Of a stretch of 64,000 bases of DNA, positions 38,597-51,038 are shown in pieces. The DNA lies in NCBI GenBank assembly GCA_030390025.1, contig CM059432.1, positions 129,024,001-129,088,000 of the forward strand. Direction: 5' to 3'. Origin of the DNA: Squalus acanthias. Lineage: Eukaryota. The stretch's first letter is position 1. Each line of letters opens with the position of its first letter. A program made the position numbers and the translations under genes. The notes under the pieces were generated by a model, which did not search any database, was not told the origin of the DNA, and worked only from the letters and a program-made list of their open reading frames with translations.

Positions 38597-41500
38597 TCAG
38601 CCGCATGGCGGTGGACGAGCTACAGGGACCTGCTCACCGGGCTCCGAGTGTGCTGGCTTGAGTCGGTCAACCGACACTTTTTCGGTCCTGTCGCCCACTT
38701 GCAGGGTGAAAAATTTGTCCCCAGCATGTAGCACCTTGTAGGGCCCGTCGTACGGGGGTTGAAGGGGTCTGCGGTGGGCGTCGTGCCGGACGAAAACGAA
38801 CCGTGCCTGGTGCAGGCTTAGTGGGACGTGTGAGGTGGATTCGCCGTGTTGGGCAATGGGCACCGGGGCAAACTGTAGCGCCGGTGAGGCGAAGTCGTGG
38901 CGTTGCTGGTCGGCTGACCAGGGTGTCATGGCGGTGGGCAGGAACTCGCCGGGTACGCGCAGCGGCTGACCGTACACGAGCTCTGCTGCCGATGCGTGGA
39001 GGTCTTCTTTAACCGCGGTGCGCAGGCCGAGGAGGACCCACGGGAGTCGGTCGGTCCAGGCGCCGTCCTGGAGGCTGGCTCGAAGAGATGCCTTCAAGGA
39101 TCTGTGGAACCGCTCACACAGTCCGTTGGCTTGGGGGTGGTACGCTGTGGTGCGGTGAATGGTCACCCCGAGATTGCGTGCGACGGCGGTCCAGAGTTCA
39201 GAGGTAAATTGCGGACCTCTGTCCGACGTCATGTCGGAGGGGACGCCGAACCGTGCGACCCAGGTGCTGACGAAGGCTCTGGCGATGTCGGCGGTGGTGG
39301 TAGAGGTCAGTGGAATTGCCTCGGGCCAGCGCGTGGTGCGATCAACGATCGTCAGCAAGTGCGTGTGGCCTTGCGACAGTGGCAGGGGCCCGACGATGTC
39401 CACGTGGATGTGGTCGAATCTCCGCGAAGGGACGGTAAACTCCTCGAGGGGTGCTTTCGTGTGTTGCTGCACCTTGGCCCGTTGGCAGGCTAGGCAGGAG
39501 TTGGCCCAAGTACGCACATCCTTGCAAAGGCCGCGCCAGACAAAGCGGTTGGCTACCAATTTGCTGGATGCGCGGGCGCCGGGGTGGGAGAGGTTGTGGA
39601 GAATCTCGAATAGCCGGCGGCGCCAGGACGCTGGGACGACGGGCTGAGGTTGACATAGGGATATGTCGCACTTGACCGTGACTGCGGTCGGGCCACAGGT
39701 GACGTCGGCCAGGCGTAGCCCTGGTAGGTTGGTAGGTGCGGAGAGCAGATCAGGGTTGGTGATCTGGTCTGCTGCGAGTTGAGCGTAGTCGACTGCCAGG
39801 TGTGCGGCGTGGATGGCGGGGCGGGAGAGGCAGTTGGCTACCACATTGTCTCGGGCGGAGACGTGTTGGATGTCCGTGGTGAACTCGGACACTGCCGCGA
39901 GCTGGCGCTGCTGCCTGGCGGACCAGGGGTCGGTTGTCTTTGCCATTGCGAATGTCGGGGGTTTGTGGTCGACAAACGCAGTGAAGGGGTGGCCCTCCAG
40001 CAAAACCCGAAAATGGCGGACCGCCAGGAACAGCGCGAGGAGCTCGCGGTCGAAGGTGCTGTACTTGACCTCCGGGGGGCGTAGTTGGCGGCTGAAGAAG
40101 GCAAGTGGTTGCCAGGCGCCGTCGACCCACTGCTCATACACGGCGCCGACCGCGTGGTCGGAGGTGTCCGTGGTGAGCGCTACCCTGGCATTGGGCCGTG
40201 GGTGCGCGAGCAGGGTGGCGTTGGCGAGCGCGGTCTTGGTGGAGTCGAAGGCGGCTGACGCGTCTGCCGTCCATTCGACTGCCTTCTTGCCGCTCCTGCC
40301 CCGGAGGGCTTCATACAGGGGCCTCATGAGGGACGCCGCTTTGGGGATGAAGCGGTTGTAGAAATTCACCATCCCGAGGAACTCCTGGAGGCCTTTGATG
40401 GTGGTGGGGCGGGGAAATTGTTGGACGGCCTGCACCTTGGTGGGCAGGGGAATGGCCCCAGCATGGGTGATGTGGTGGCCGAGGAAATCGATCTTGTCCA
40501 GGCCGAACTGGCATTTGGCTGGGCTGAGGATGAGCCCGTGGTCGCTGAGGCACCCGAACAGGATGCGAAGGTGTTCGAGGTGTTCCTGCTTGGAGGAACT
40601 GGCTACCAGGATGTCGTCCAGGTAGACGAACAGGAACTTCAGGTCCCGAAGGACCGAGTCCATGAGCCGTTGGAATGCCTGGGCCGCGTTTTTGAGGCCG
40701 AAGGGCATCCGCAGGAACTAGAAAAGGCCGAAGCGGGTGATTACGGCCGTCTTGGGGACGTCCGCGGGGTGGACGGGGACTTGGTGGTAGCCGCGCACCA
40801 GGTCGACCTTGGAAAAGACTGAGCAGCCGGCCAGTCTAGCCGAGAAGTCCTGGATGTGCGGCACGGGGTACCGATCAGGGGTGGTGGCGTCGTTGAGGCG
40901 GCGGTAATCCCCGCAGGGGCGCCAACCTCCGCCTGGTTTGGGGGCGATGTAGAGTGGGGAGGCCCAGGGACTGTTGGAGCGGCGGATGATGCCGAGCTGT
41001 TCCATGGTGGCAAACTCGGTCCGCGCGATCTCCAGTTTGGCCGGGTCCAGCCTGCGGGCGTGGGCGTACACTGGGGGGCCTGTGGTGGGGATGAAGTGTT
41101 CCACCCCGTGTTTGGCAGCCTCCGTGGAGAAGGTCGGATTGGTAAGTCCGGGAATTCGGCCAGGAGTGCCGAGTAGTCATCCGTGGCCCGGGCGTGGCAC
41201 TGTGACGCCATGTCAGCGGGTTGACGGGGGGCCATGGCGCCCAGGATGGGGGACATGGTGTTCATGTCCACGAGTCGGTGTCGAGGGATGTCTACCAGTA
41301 GGCCGTGGGCGCACAGGAAATCTGCGCCGATGAGAGGGGAGAGCACCTTGGCAGTGATGAACTCCCATCGGTAGCGGCGACCAGCGAGGTCGAGGGTGAC
41401 TGTGCGGGTGCCGTACGTCCGGATGTCCGAGCCGTTAGCAGCAGCCAGCGCCGGTCCTCGTTTCCCCTTTTGGATGTCGAGGGAGGAGGCCGGGATGATG

Positions 41501-42285
41501 CTGTGCTGAGCTCCAGTGTCGCACAGGAACCGGCGGCCGGTTTTGTCATCCGTGACGTACAGCAGGGAGCCCACGTGGCCCACGGCCATCGTGGGGGCTG
41601 GTACGGGGGCGGACTTGAAAGAGCAGGGAGGTGTGCACCGTTGTGCCCTGGCGCCGAACCGTGCGTGGTAGTAACAGTGGCCCGGGTTAGTGGGGCGCGA
41701 AGGCCCCGTGAGCCCGGTGGCTGGGCCTTGTGGCCGCGTGGTGGCCGGTGAGGGGTGCGCCCAGGCAGTGGCTGCCAGTTCCGGAGTGACGTCGCGGCTG
41801 GAATGAGCGGACAGCAGCTTGTCGGCCTCATCGGCCAGGGCTTCCAGGTCCGTGAGGCTGGACGCCACGATCGCTGGGCGGATGCTGAGAGGGAGCTGGC
41901 GGATGAACAGCGTGCGGAAGAGGGATCCGGGTGGGCTCTCGTCGGTGAGGGAGAGCATGTGGGAGAGGAGGTCTGACGGTGAGGCATCACCGAGGCCTGG
42001 AAGGTCGAGGAGGTGGCAGTTTCGCTGGTATGTCGAGGCCGTAAATTTTTTAAGGCGCGCGGCCTTAAGATGTGCATACTTGCCCTCCTCTGGTGGGTTC
42101 TGCAGCGCTGTCCAGACCTTCATAACTGTGGAGCTACCGAGTGATGTGACGAGGTAGTCGTACTTCGTCCCATCTGTGGTGATGTGTCGCAGCCGGAATC
42201 GGGACTCGGCTTGGAGGAACCTGGCTTCGGGCTGGTTTTCCCAAAACTCCGGCAGTTTCACGGAAACTGCGTTCGTGTCCGCCAT
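38597..42285 (-). pseudogene. gag-pol polyprotein (Gag with CHCC motif, aspartic protease, RT, RNase H, integrase)
   Basis: CYYHARFGARAQRCTPPC, FLCDTGA, PCGDYRRLN, FVYLDDIL, TTDTSD, H..H..C..C, VDIVG/SDRG/CERFH, YDGPY; one frameshift near 41144 and one TAG at 40718-40720. Confidence 0.95.
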
Positions 42286-42310
42286 TGCAGTGCTCGGAAT
42301 ACGTTCTGAG

Positions 42311-42324
42311 CGTCGGGGTCACCA
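42311..42324 (-). other. Primer-binding site complementary to tRNA-Trp
   Basis: TGGTGACCCCGACG, one base inside the 5' LTR boundary; matches the start of the known tRNA-Trp PBS TGGTGACCCCGACGTGAT. Confidence 0.85.
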
Positions 42325-42325
42325 A

Positions 42326-42563
42326 TGTTGTGGCTGCCGCGAAGCACGAATTGAGGCCGAGTCAATATGTGGAACACATGGCTTTTAATTACATCTCCTC
42401 TGGTAAAAATGGCTGCTACCACATTTTTCTGCAACACCCTGAGGCCACGCCCACTCCTTTTTTCATGCCTTAAAGGCAGCATGCGCCTTAAAGGCAAGGT
42501 GCCCGATTTATTGTCCACGGACGGAAAAGTGGATTGCGCCTGTTTAGGTGGTGATCCGCCACA
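42326..42563 (-). repeat. 5' LTR
   Basis: Direct repeat of 38217-38454. Confidence 0.95.
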
Positions 42564-43102
42564 AGGTAAATAGCCAAAGATGAATGTCAATTGCCTGTCA
42601 ATCTGTTCCGCATTTACTGCTTGCCCACGCTAAGCCCTAACACAACATGCAACTTTTTCATTGTATCGCCACTCTTCAGCAGTGCACATGTTCAAGTCGC
42701 AATTTACAGCTGAAAGCCTCAGTACACTAATATCTTCCAAGGGCTTCATACATCAAAACCTTGTAAAACAACCTATCGGCACAATGCATGGCCACTTACT
42801 GACACTCAAGATGGGCTGCAGATTGGACACGTGTGTCATTGTGTTCCTTGAACTTATTTTCCAACTTTCTGCCGTTGGCAACGAGCCTTGGAGGGCAGGC
42901 GATCAGCACCACCAATAAGACTAAGCATTTATTGGAAGTTCAGGTATGCGCTGTGCATGATTTTCTGACCCCACTGAGTGCATGAAGTTGGAAAATGACC
43001 CCATAATACAAGAGAACAGCCCCAAACTGGAGAAGGGCTCAGAAACCACAAGCCTTCAACTCCCACGGAAAAGGGCTCTTTGAACATCCTTCTATATAAG
43101 AA

Positions 43103-43788
43103 TTGAATCCCCCACCATCAACATCCTGGGGGGGTCACCATTGACCAGAAACTTAACTGGACCAGCCACATAAATACTGTGGCAACAAGAGCAGGTCAGA
43201 GGCTGGGATTCTGCAGCAAGTGACTCATCTCTTGACTCCCTAAATGCTTTCCACCACCTACAAGGCACTGTCAGGAGTGTGATGGAATATTCTCCACTTG
43301 CATGGATGAGGGCAGCTCCAACAACACTCAAGAAATTCAACACCATCCAGGAAAAGCAGCCTTGATTGGCAGCCCATCCACCACCTTAAACATTCACTCC
43401 CTCCACCACCGGCGCACCGTGGCTGCAGTGTGTACCACTACAAGATGCACTGCAGCAACTTGCTAAGGCTTCTTCGAGAGCACCTCCAAAAACCGCGACC
43501 TCTACCACCTAGAAGGACAAGGGCAGCAGGCGCATGGGAACACCATCACCTCCAACTTCCCCTCCAAGTCACACACCATCCTGACTTGGAAATATATCGC
43601 CAATCCTTCATCGTCGCTGGGTCAAAATCCTGGAACTCCCTCCCTAACAGCACTGTGGGAGTACCTTCACCACACGGACTGCAGCGGTTCAAGTCGGCTC
43701 ACCACCACCTTCTCAAGGGCAATTAGGGATGGGCAATAGATGCTGGCCATGCCAGCGACGCCCACGAACCACAAATAAATAAAAAGAA
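43103..43788 (+). mobile_element. 3' fragment of the second CR1-group LINE family
   Basis: Near reverse complement of 15518-16198; A-rich end. Confidence 0.85.
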
Positions 43789-44334
43789 TATAAGAGCGTG
43801 GAGGGCGATGAGGCAGCTAAAGTTGCTGGCCTCCCCCAAGTTTGGGGTAGTATTATCTGGTATCTTGTCTCACTTCACACACATAGCCACAAACATCACA
43901 GTTTATTACAAAAGAGAGGTTCTTTCTGAAGGTAAAAAGCAACAACAAAAAACCCTACAAATTCTAGAAATTTGAAGCAAAACCAGAAAATACTGGAAGC
44001 ACTCAGCAGGTCTGGCAACATCTGCAGAGAGAACAGACAAGCTAACGACAAAACTCAAAAGATAAGATTGTCCAATTTTTACCATTAAATTGTTGATTCA
44101 GGCATAAATTATATGCCAGAAAAGATGTGTGGGAGTGTGCTATTGGCTGTCACAGACTCTTGGGGTTCTGATGACCTATAAACTACTTAAGCATCTTTCA
44201 CACGGACCATAACATTATTAGATCCCTTGATTTTGTTCAGCTAAAAACACTCCCACACATCTTTTTATAGCATATTAATCCTGAAATTAAATCCCATGTT
44301 TATTGCTGTTAATATAATGTATACAATGAAAAAG

Positions 44335-44725
44335 AAACACTTGAATTTATACAGCCCCTTTCACAACCTCGGGAAGTCCCTCAGCACTTTATAGCCATTG
44401 CAGTACTTTTGAAGTGTAGTCAATGTTGTAATGTAGGAAAAATGACAACCAATTTGCGCACAGCAAGCTCCCACAAACAGCAATGAAATAAATGACCAGA
44501 TCATCTGTTTAAGATGTTGGTTGAGGGATAAATGTTGACCTGGAGAACTCCTCTATTCCTCTTTGAATGGTGCATTAGGGATCTTTTAGGTCCGCCTGAG
44601 AGGGCAGATAGGGCCTCGGTTTAACATCTCATCTGAAAGTCTGACGTGCCAGTCTAGATTGTATGCTCATTTCTCTGGAGTGGGGCTTGAATCCACAACC
44701 TTCTGATTCAAGAGGCAAGAGTACT
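44335..44725 (-). mobile_element. Deu-domain SINE
   Basis: Colinear with 14359-14772. Confidence 0.75.
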
Positions 44726-46487
44726 GATTTCAAGGCCTATTCTCTTCTTGCAGTTGAGCTTCGCTCTCACATTTTATAATATCAGTAAAACTCCTTGATC
44801 AGATTTCTTGCTGGTTATGATTTCCACGTAACTACTATCCTCCATTTTTGGTGGAGATGCTTTGGGCCTCAGTAAACCAGTACCACCTGGCTCTACCCGC
44901 TATCAATGGTAACATTTCCCAAAAGATATATCATGAAAATGCTGTCAAGAAGAGAATCTTTAATTTTTCGGTGTTTATCGCAATCAGTATTTTTTTCCCC
45001 CCTTTCACAAAAGAACGATACTCAGTATCCATTGGTCAATAATGCATTTATCAGTATTTTTAGTCTGATTAAACACACAAGCACTTGTGGGAATTTTGCA
45101 AGAGGGCTAAGGTTAATTCACATATGATATCTGTTAATGACTGAATACGGCATCGTCGGCCAAAAAAGCAATGGGACTCGGGAAACTGGAATCCCACTAC
45201 AGTACATCATTTTTCAAAAGAATCCATGGGAAATTGGCAGAACCGAGCATCAAAAGTTCGTCTGTAATTTCTGCATTGTAAACCTTTAAATACCAACAAT
45301 AGTTTATTAATTTTCAATTTCCCACTCAATTGTTCCCAGTTTTGTCTTCCCATGAGGCTGCTAAACTCCAAATAACCCCTCCCAGCTGGGAGGAGAGGGC
45401 AGTGCAGGGCAGAAACTTCACAACTTCTAACAATACTTACATTTCCATGATCAGTCAAGAGCAGATTTAGTCATTTCTCGACCTTCCTGGGAAACAGAAA
45501 GATTTACTGTCATAGTAAACGGGTACGTCCTGCTTTGGGGGCTGGTCTTCCAGTTTCTTACTGTATTGGCTGTCCTTTCTGACTGACCCAGCAAATGGAC
45601 CTGGTAGCAATGAATAAAAGCATTTTTAAGTGATGTCTGCCCAGTACCTGGTAAGAAGCATCTTTTGTTTTCCTAGCTACGGCAGTTTTCAAGAAAATCA
45701 TCAGTTTTTTTAAATATATGGGGATTTGCGATGGGGTGCTGGGAAAAGTAATTTTAAAAGTCTTCGGTATAACCCATTAAACTTTCCATGACAGCACTAA
45801 ACGATAATTCTCTTAGGTAGAATTAATTGATAATGTTAGATTTAATGCACTCTTTTCAGGACTAAAAAGATAAATCATTTTATACATAATTAATTGAAAA
45901 TGTCAGATCCAATACATTTAAACAAATCTGCTGCTATTTCTGATATTATGGATCAAGCAGTGGGAATTTAAGAAAGCATGGAATGGGGAAAAAAAAACAC
46001 TTGACCCATCAAACTGACTTCTTCCGCTAAAAAACATTACAATCTGTCCAATCATGATTGTGTTCCACATATTAATCACTTGAAGGAAAGTTCGACAAAA
46101 ATTCCTGCTGGGAAATATAGCTGCTTCATCAGAGTAACTGTTAATAAATCACCAGGGTCCAGTTGGGTAACACAGCAAAATCTGTCAGGAAGCATCTTTG
46201 TTTATTTATTTGTGGAAAATTTACTTTGGAATAAAGAACGAACTTGCATTTATATTACACCTTTCACGACCTCAGGATGTCCCAAAGCACTTCACAGTCA
46301 ATGAAGTACTTTTAAAGTGTGATCACTGTTGTAACGTAGGGAAACGCGGCAGCCAATTTATGCACAGAAAGGTCCCACAAGCTGCAAAGAGATTAATCTT
46401 TCTCCAGTCTGTTTTTTTGGTGATGTTGATTGAGGGATAAAATGTTGGCCAGGATACCGGGAAAACTTTCCTGCTCTTCTTCAGTTA

Positions 46488-47064
46488 TGATGCGGAGATG
46501 CCGGTGTTGGACTGGGGTGGACAAAAGTGAGAAGTCGCACAACACCAGGTTATAGTCCAACAGTTTTATTTGAAACCACAAGCTTTCGGAGCTGCTGCCC
46601 CTTCATCAGGTGAAGTGAAGGAATACGAATCGGCAAAGCATATATAGACAGAGAACAATGCCTGTGTAGCGTACAATCTCAGACGACTACATTTAATCTT
46701 TCTGACTGCCTTTCATCACACCTCGGCAGAGAAACAATCAGGTCAGCCAGGAAGGCACCACATCAAAGACATAGCAAGATACAACTGAGACAATGAGGTG
46801 GGGTCACAGGGGATCTAATGTGTCAAATGCAGTCTGTATGGAAAACCATAAACTTTAAAATTTTTACTTTTTTTTACTGGAAATCACATCTGTGAACAAG
46901 CCAACGATGACTCGAGTCTGGATGACTCTACGTCGTGTAGTGTGACATGAACCCAAGATCTCGGTTGAGGCCGTCCTCATGGGTGCGGAACTTGGCTATC
47001 AGTTTCTGCTCGATGATTTTGCGTTGTCGTGTGTCTCGAAGGCCGCCTTGGAGAACGCTTACCC
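46488..47064 (-). mobile_element. 5'-truncated Penelope-like element
   Basis: Minus strand encodes VSVLQGG..RKIIEQKLIAKFRTHEDGLNRD (GIY-YIG C-terminus type); TCAGTTA TSD (46481-46487, 47065-47071). Confidence 0.8.
46576..46613 (-). ncRNA. Minimal type-I hammerhead ribozyme motif
   Basis: UCAC-CUGAUGA-A-GGGGC-AGCA-GCUCC-GAAA-GCUU-GUGG. Confidence 0.65.
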
Positions 47065-47803
47065 TCAGTTAGTACAGGGGGATCTTTTACATCCACCTGA
47101 GAGGGCAGACAAGGTTTGATGGCTTCATTCAAAAGGCAGCACTCCCACAGTACTGCACTGAAGGGTCCATCTAGATTATGTACTGAAGTGGGGCTTAAAT
47201 CCACGACTTCTGGGATAGACTTTCATTTCCATTGAAATCAATGGGATTCTGCAATGGGAGGTTGATGCGTAATGCGGTTTTACGTCGGGGTAGTAAGTTG
47301 AAAATCTACGGGGGGAAAATTCGGTAGCTTAGCGCCTCCCGTTAGCGCCAGCAGATGGCAGTAATGGGGCGCTGATGCAGTAGTGAGGTGACTCCAGTGC
47401 CGCACGGCAAATCCGGACCCTCCGTTGCGCCGCCGGTACAAAGTACTGCAGGGGACTTCAGCGCCAGGCAGATTGTGACGTCAGTGAGCGTGCAACGCTC
47501 ACTGGCCACCTGATCTGTGAAATTGATTGTCACCACCTACTTTAGCGCCTCGACCAAACAGCGACAGGGAGAGCTGGTGTGAAGCAGCCGGATGCTGGCT
47601 CCAGGGATGTTATTTAAAGGGATCATGAGTAATATGTCGCAGCTGTAGGTTAGTGCAGTTTCAGTGCTTTCTTGTCAGTTTCACATAGTGCAACAATGCC
47701 ATTCCGTAATTTAAAGGTTATTTAGTATCATGAGTGTTGTGGGAACTAAAAAGTAGCTACATGTATTCTTTAAAATATCAAACTACCACATTTGGTTACA
47801 TTA

Positions 47804-48996
47804 ATGGGGGCTGTACTGACAGTCGCCCTGGCCCTCCCGGATCTACGGCGGAGGGAGCGGAGGCAGCGAGAAAGACTGGAACATGTGGCCAGAGGGAGGA
47901 AGAGGGCTATCAGGACTCTCAACAGGAGGCCTTACCCTTCGAGGGTATTCCGTAAGCACTTCTCCTACCTCCAATTAAGTGAGGAGCAGTGTATTAGAAG
48001 GCTTCGCTTCAGCAAGGAGGTGCTCACAAAACTCTGCCACCTCCTGCAACCATACCTCCAGCCTCAGATCAGGGTGACCACGGCTCTCTCAGTGACCGTC
48101 AAGGTCACCATCGCCCTCAATTTCTTTGCCAGCGGATCCTTCCAGTCTGCAACAGAAGACATAGCTAACATTTTGCAGTTTCCCATCCATCGCTGCATCT
48201 GGGAGATCACAGAGGCTCTCTATAGTAGGAGAAGGGACTACATTTTCTTCCCCATCACCAGAGAGAAGCAGGACGAGTGTGCGTGTGGCTTTGCCAGGAT
48301 AGTGGGATTCCCCATGGTACAGGGCACCATTGACTGCACCCACGTGGCTTTGCGGGCACCGCATAACAACCCTGACATCTTCCATAACCAAAAAGGCTAC
48401 CACTCACTTAATGGGCAGTTGGTGTGCGACCACAGATAGTGAATCCTCAATGCGAATGCCCGCTATCTTGGCAGCAGCTACGATGCCTTCATCCTGCGCC
48501 AGACCGGTGTGCCAGCAATCTTCCAGCCACCACATCAAGCTCGCGGCTGGCTGGTCGGAAACAAGGACTATCCACCTGGCTCATGACTCCTCTCAGTAAC
48601 CCCAACACTCCTGCACAGCACTCGTATAATGACAGCCATGCTGCCACTAGGAACATCATTGAATAGACCATTGGCCTGCTCAAGCAATGGTTCCGCTGCC
48701 TTGACCGCTCGGGAGGAGCCCTCCAGTACTCGGCTGAGCGGGTGTCCCATTTCGTGGTGGTCTGCTCGATGCTCTACAACTTGGCCATCATGAGGGCCCA
48801 GCCCTTGCCACCAGGGATTGCGGGACCACCTCAGGAGGAGGAGGAGGGAGAGGAGGAGGAGGAGGACGAGGAAGAGGAAGAGGAAGACGAGGAGGATGAG
48901 GAGGAGGAGGAACAGGAGCGAGGGAGGAGGCAGCCACTCAATTGGCCTTCCGCAAGGGCGGTCCGTGATCACCTCATCGGACTGCAGTTCGAATGA
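47804..48996 (+). pseudogene. Harbinger DDE transposase (HARBI1-family-like)
   Basis: GFPMVQGTIDCTHVAL, KGYHSLNGQLVCDH, WLMTP, YNDSHAATRNIIE, CSMLYNLAI, acidic tail; stops at 48437 and 48664 plus a frameshift. Confidence 0.93.
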
Positions 48997-49156
48997 ATTA
49001 AACCCCAGATCCCCGTTGCTCACCACATCCCCATCATTCCATTCCTGTCGCAGGCCATATCACAGTGCAAAGCTGAAATGAGATACACCACAAAAGAATC
49101 CAAATTAATAAATTTATCAATAATCAGCGAACACATATTTACACCAAAAATATTAA

Positions 49157-51038
49157 CTATTCATCCTTGTGTAATCCCTTATTGCCTCTCGTTACTGTGC
49201 CTTTGCTTACTCTAGTGCTCCTACGAAGTGTTGGCCCAGTGGCTGCAGCAGGGCTGGTGGAAGGCTGCTGAGTGTCCGTGTGGGAGACTACAGATGGCCT
49301 TGCAGGATGCCCTCGACCAGCTCTGAGCCTGGAAGGCCCGACTGTAGACTGCACCACCTCAGCATGGGTGGCAGCAGTCTGGGCTGGCTGGATGACAGGC
49401 AGCGACAAGGGCAATGGCAGAGTGGCAGTGGTGGGAGCAGGAATGCTGTCATCCTGAGAGAGGACATCAGGTTCCTGCTCCACTGACCCACTGCCACTCC
49501 CCCTGGGCAGCACCTCAGCATCCCTAGCAAGCTGTTGCACCACAGATTGCTGGCCTGCTGCGACACCGTGAAAGCCCCGGTCGATGGTGGTAGACCCAGG
49601 CAAGATGGCAGCATTCAGAGCTTGCGTGGCATCAGGCTGAGACTGCATGAGATTAGATGCCACTAAGCATAGACTGCATTACAGCACTAAGACGTTGCGT
49701 CGCTTCTGCCTGTGCTGCAATGGAAGCTGCCAGATCGCCCACCACACGCGGTATCAGGTCTGGATCACCACGGTCTCTCTGGGAGTATACCATCCTTTGC
49801 AGACTGGAAATGATGGGCTCCACGGTGACACACAGCGTTGTGCAATGTCGGAGGCGGACTCCTCCACGCTCCTTACCATTGCCGAGAGTCTCTCAGGCGC
49901 CCTTGCCATTGCACCTATCATCTCCGTGTGCATGCCCATCACCCTTCTTCAAAACGTCTCCCCATCAAGGTCCTCATCTGAGTCCTGTGCAGCAGAACAC
50001 ACGTGCGAACTCGCCCTCTGGGGAGCTGGCCCCTGAGCTACCCTTTCCCCCTGGCCTTGCTGCAGCCCACTCGTCCCCGGTGCCTCACCCGGTGCAGATC
50101 CCACTACTATACAAACCTCCAAAGAACGCGTAGTGCCAGTATCTGAGCTGGTGCCTGCGGGTGAGAAATGCAGTGATGCGGTGTGTTCTTCCTCCTCCTC
50201 TTCTCCGCCTCGCTCTCAAGGTGCATTCAGGGACAGGTTGCTCAGGTGCTTGCTGATTATCTGAAAGCATAAAGGCACAAGAGTCAGTTTAAGGTGAGGG
50301 GAGGGGGCAAGAAGGGAGAATTGCATGCATATAGCATGAATAGCTGGACAGTGCGAAACGCTTGTGGGGTGAGGGGGAAGTGGGATGTGAGAAGAAGGAG
50401 TATGGATGAACATACTGCTGTTGTCCCCAAGGGGGTTAATGTCACCGGTGGCCATGGCACCCACCACCTGGCGCCCAATGATCTGCAGCACTCGATTCTC
50501 CAGCTCAGACAGTGGTTGGGTGTCGGCTTGTCCCCCGTCTGTGCGCTCCTGCTGTGAGCCACCTTGGCCTGCAACAGAAAGGAAAGTGTGTGAGTGAGTG
50601 TGGAGCAATGTGTTTAGGTGATGTGCCTGCCATAGTTGAATAGCTGTCATTGTGTGTAAGGTGTGAGATGTGGGTATGAGTGTTGGTAGGTAGAGATTGT
50701 TGGTGGGTGAGTACTGGGTGTGTGGTGCTTTAGGCAATGTGTGCAGACTGAGGTTCAGATGGTGGTATGTAGCATTTGTTGAAGTATTCACTCACCTTGA
50801 CCAACCGAGTGAGGTTGTTAAATTTCTTCCTGCACTGTGTGGGGGTCCTGGGGACCACAGTGCTGCCTGTGATGTGCTGCACTACCTCCCTCCACATGGT
50901 GTGGAAGACTTGTGGCGAGGGCCTCCTGCCACTTGTCGGGTAGAACACCGTCATCCGTCTCTCCTCAGCGAACACCAACACGTCCAATTCTTGATCGCTG
51001 AATCTACGGGCTCTCTCCCTGGAGCGTGGATCTGCCAT
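49157..51038 (-). pseudogene. Harbinger Myb/SANT-like DNA-binding gene, 3 exons (51038-50796, 50568-50416, 50260-49157)
   Basis: MADPRSRERARRFSDQELDVLV..W..RTPTQCRKKFNNL; AAG|GTGAG, TTGCAG|GCC, A|GTATG and TTTCAG|AT junctions; frameshifts in exons 2-3. Confidence 0.88.

Larger units (their letters stand above)
38217..42563 (-). mobile_element. Gypsy (Ty3/Gypsy, CsRn1-like) LTR retrotransposon, near complete
   Basis: 238-bp LTRs with TG..CA ends, AGGT TSD (38213-38216, 42564-42567), PBS TGGTGACCCCGACG, polypurine tract next to the 3' LTR, PR-RT-RH-IN order. Confidence 0.97.
46236..47210 (-). mobile_element. Deu-domain SINE split by a Penelope-like insertion
   Basis: 46236-46487 and 47065-47210 join into a copy of the 14359-14772 family. 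Confidence 0.75.

Noticed and set aside
41130..41150. Programmed ribosomal frameshift between protease and RT
   Set aside because: No slippery heptamer is visible; a 1-nt deletion after insertion is simpler.
38803..42157. Many plus-strand and alternative-frame ORFs over the Gypsy interior
   Set aside because: Expected shadow ORFs in GC-rich coding sequence; no env-like or accessory motif recognised.
47792..48996. Host domesticated gene HARBI1 (and NAIF1/MSANTD for the partner)
   Set aside because: Stops and frameshifts, intact TIRs/TSD and multiple copies indicate a decayed transposon, not a domesticated gene.
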